This document shows positions 62,171 to 64,000 of a stretch of DNA of 64,000 bases, piece by piece. Below the pieces are notes generated by a model. The model was not told where the DNA came from and made no database searches. It saw only the letters and a program-made list of their open reading frames with translations. This stretch comes from the human T2T-CHM13v2.0 reference genome, Homo sapiens. The stretch is taken from assembly GCF_009914755.1 (NCBI RefSeq), contig NC_060929.1; one strand, given 5' to 3'. Within the stretch, counting starts at the first letter, position 1, and each line of letters starts with the position of its first letter. The position numbers and the translations under genes were made by a program.

Positions 62171-62659
62171 TTACTGAAAGAAAAGGTACTATTGTGCAAG
62201 GAACAGGTCTGAGGATTATTTGTCCTGGTTGACAGAAAAAAAATGTATGTTGGCTTTGTTACTCCAGTACTTTGGTTTTAAGCATCTATTTAAAAAATTA
62301 TAGAAGTTAAATAAATATTTGGAAGGATCTTGCTTTTTTCTTATTATTTTAATTGTTTATAACTATAAACTTAGAAGCATTTTAATCACAGTGTTTCTAC
62401 ATGTACTATTTGTAATATTTGTAGTACTGCTTACTATTTCAATTTATTTCAGATTGTGAGACTAACTTGGCAGTATGTAAAATAAAAATCACTCTTTTAC
62501 TGAAACCTAAACCTACCAATTGAATTTGTTGTTGTCGTTTTTTTTAAAGAATAAAAAGGGGGTAACAATGTCGAACTTTATCTGAGCCCTGTGCTTCCAC
62601 TATATTCTGTTCTAAGAAATGGCAAACCTAAAAAGGCCACTCTATTGCCCTTACATAAT

Positions 62660-63885
62660 CCAAGATAAGAGTCACCTGTACCCTTCCTCAATGACTCAGA
62701 TGAAACAAACCTACACTTCCTCAGGGACTCATAGGGCATATTTCCATCCTTTGTCAGTGACTCAGATGGTACCCATCTCCATCATTTGCAGGAGCTCAGA
62801 TAGAACTCATCTCTACCCTTTATCAACCACTCAGATGGGACCTATTTCCATCCTTCCTCAGTGACAGATGGAACACAACTCCATCTTTTTTAAATGACTC
62901 AGATAGGACACATTTCCAACCTTCCTCAACGTCTAAGCTAGGACCCATCTCCATGTTTCCTCAGTGATTCAAATAGGACCCATTTCTATTGTTCCTCCAT
63001 GACTGAGATAGTATTCATTTCCGCCCTTCCCCTAGGACCCGATAGGACTCATCTTCACCCTTACTCAATGACATAGAGAGAGCCCATCTCCACAGTTCCT
63101 CAGTGACTAAGATAGAACCTATCTCCATCCTTCTTCAATGAATCAGAAGTAACAGACTCAATCCTTCCTCAGTGATTCAATTGGGACCTATCTTCATCAT
63201 TTCTCAGTGACTAAGATATTACCCATCTCTATTCTTTTGCAGTGTCATAGATAGAAGCCAACTCCACCCTTTCTTGAAGACTCAGATAGGACCCATTTTC
63301 ACTCGTTCTCAGTGACTCAGATAGAACTTATCTTCACATTTCTTTCATGACTCAGATACGATCTATCTTCATTTTTTCCTTAGTGGCTCAGATATAACCC
63401 ATCTTTATTATATTTCAAAGACTCATATGGCACAAATCTTCACCCTTCCTCAGTGACTCAGATGGAACCTATCTCCATTCTTCCTCAGTCACTCCAGTAG
63501 GACTCATCTCCATTCTTTCTCAATAAAACAGATAGGATCCATCTCTACCTTTCCTCTATGGCTCACATAAGACCTATTTCCATTTTTCCTCAGTAACTCA
63601 GATAAGACCCATATCTATTCTTCCTCAATGACTCAGGTAGGAATCATCTTCACCCTACCTGAATGACTGAGATGAGATCCATTTCCATCCTTCCTCAGTG
63701 ACTCAGATAGAAACAATTTCACTCTTCCTCATTGACTCAGATGGGACCCTTCTGTCTTTCCTCAGTGACTCAGATTGGACCTATTTCCATCCTTCCTCAG
63801 TGACATATAAGACACTACTCCAGTCTTCTTCAGTGACCCAGATAGGACATGGTCCTATTTTTCCTTAGGGGCTTATATAGAACCA
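62660..63885. repeat. Diverged minisatellite with a ~35-bp unit, roughly 35 copies
   Basis: Consensus approximately AGTGACTCAGATAGGACCCATCTCCATCCTTCCTC. Unit starts at 63662, 63697, 63731, 63764 and 63799 give a period of 33-35 bp. Confidence 0.93.
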
Positions 63886-63888
63886 ATA

Positions 63889-64000
63889 TGGGCTCAAGAA
63901 ATCCTCCCACCTCAGCCTCTCAAGTAGCTGGGACTACAGGTGTGTGCCACCACACCTGGCTATTTTTTAATTTTTATTTTTAGTAGAGATGAGGTCTCGC
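63889..64000 (-). mobile_element. AluJ fragment, runs off the window edge
   Basis: GGCTCAAGAAATCCTCCCACCTCAGCCTCTCAAGTAGCTGGGACTACAGG. Confidence 0.9.

Noticed and set aside
62660-63885. Array as a CRISPR locus or coding repeat (ORF 62619-62864)
   Set aside because: Units are contiguous and degenerate with no unique spacers or cas genes, in primate DNA. A 35-bp period is not a multiple of three and the frames contain stops.

Overview
This is AT-rich primate (most likely great-ape or human) genomic DNA dominated by retroelements, intergenic or deep-intronic in character. I can support no host protein-coding gene, RNA gene or CRISPR array. Every long ORF derives from LINE-1. Main contents: a full-length but inactivated young L1 (L1PA3/L1PA2-type, 50730-56757) at the centre of a four-layer nest of elements; a 5'-truncated L1PA3/4 copy; several older L1s, two with the 5' UTR joined directly to ORF2; seven Alu copies or fragments; ERV1 and MaLR solo LTRs; and DNA-transposon fossils (Charlie, MER44B, MER82, Ricksha). 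The least explained structure is a ~1.2-kb diverged tandem array of a 35-bp unit (62660-63885) in which each unit carries ETS-like, AP-1 and GATA motifs. Subfamily names come from my recall of consensus sequences, not a database search. Boundaries of old elements are approximate.
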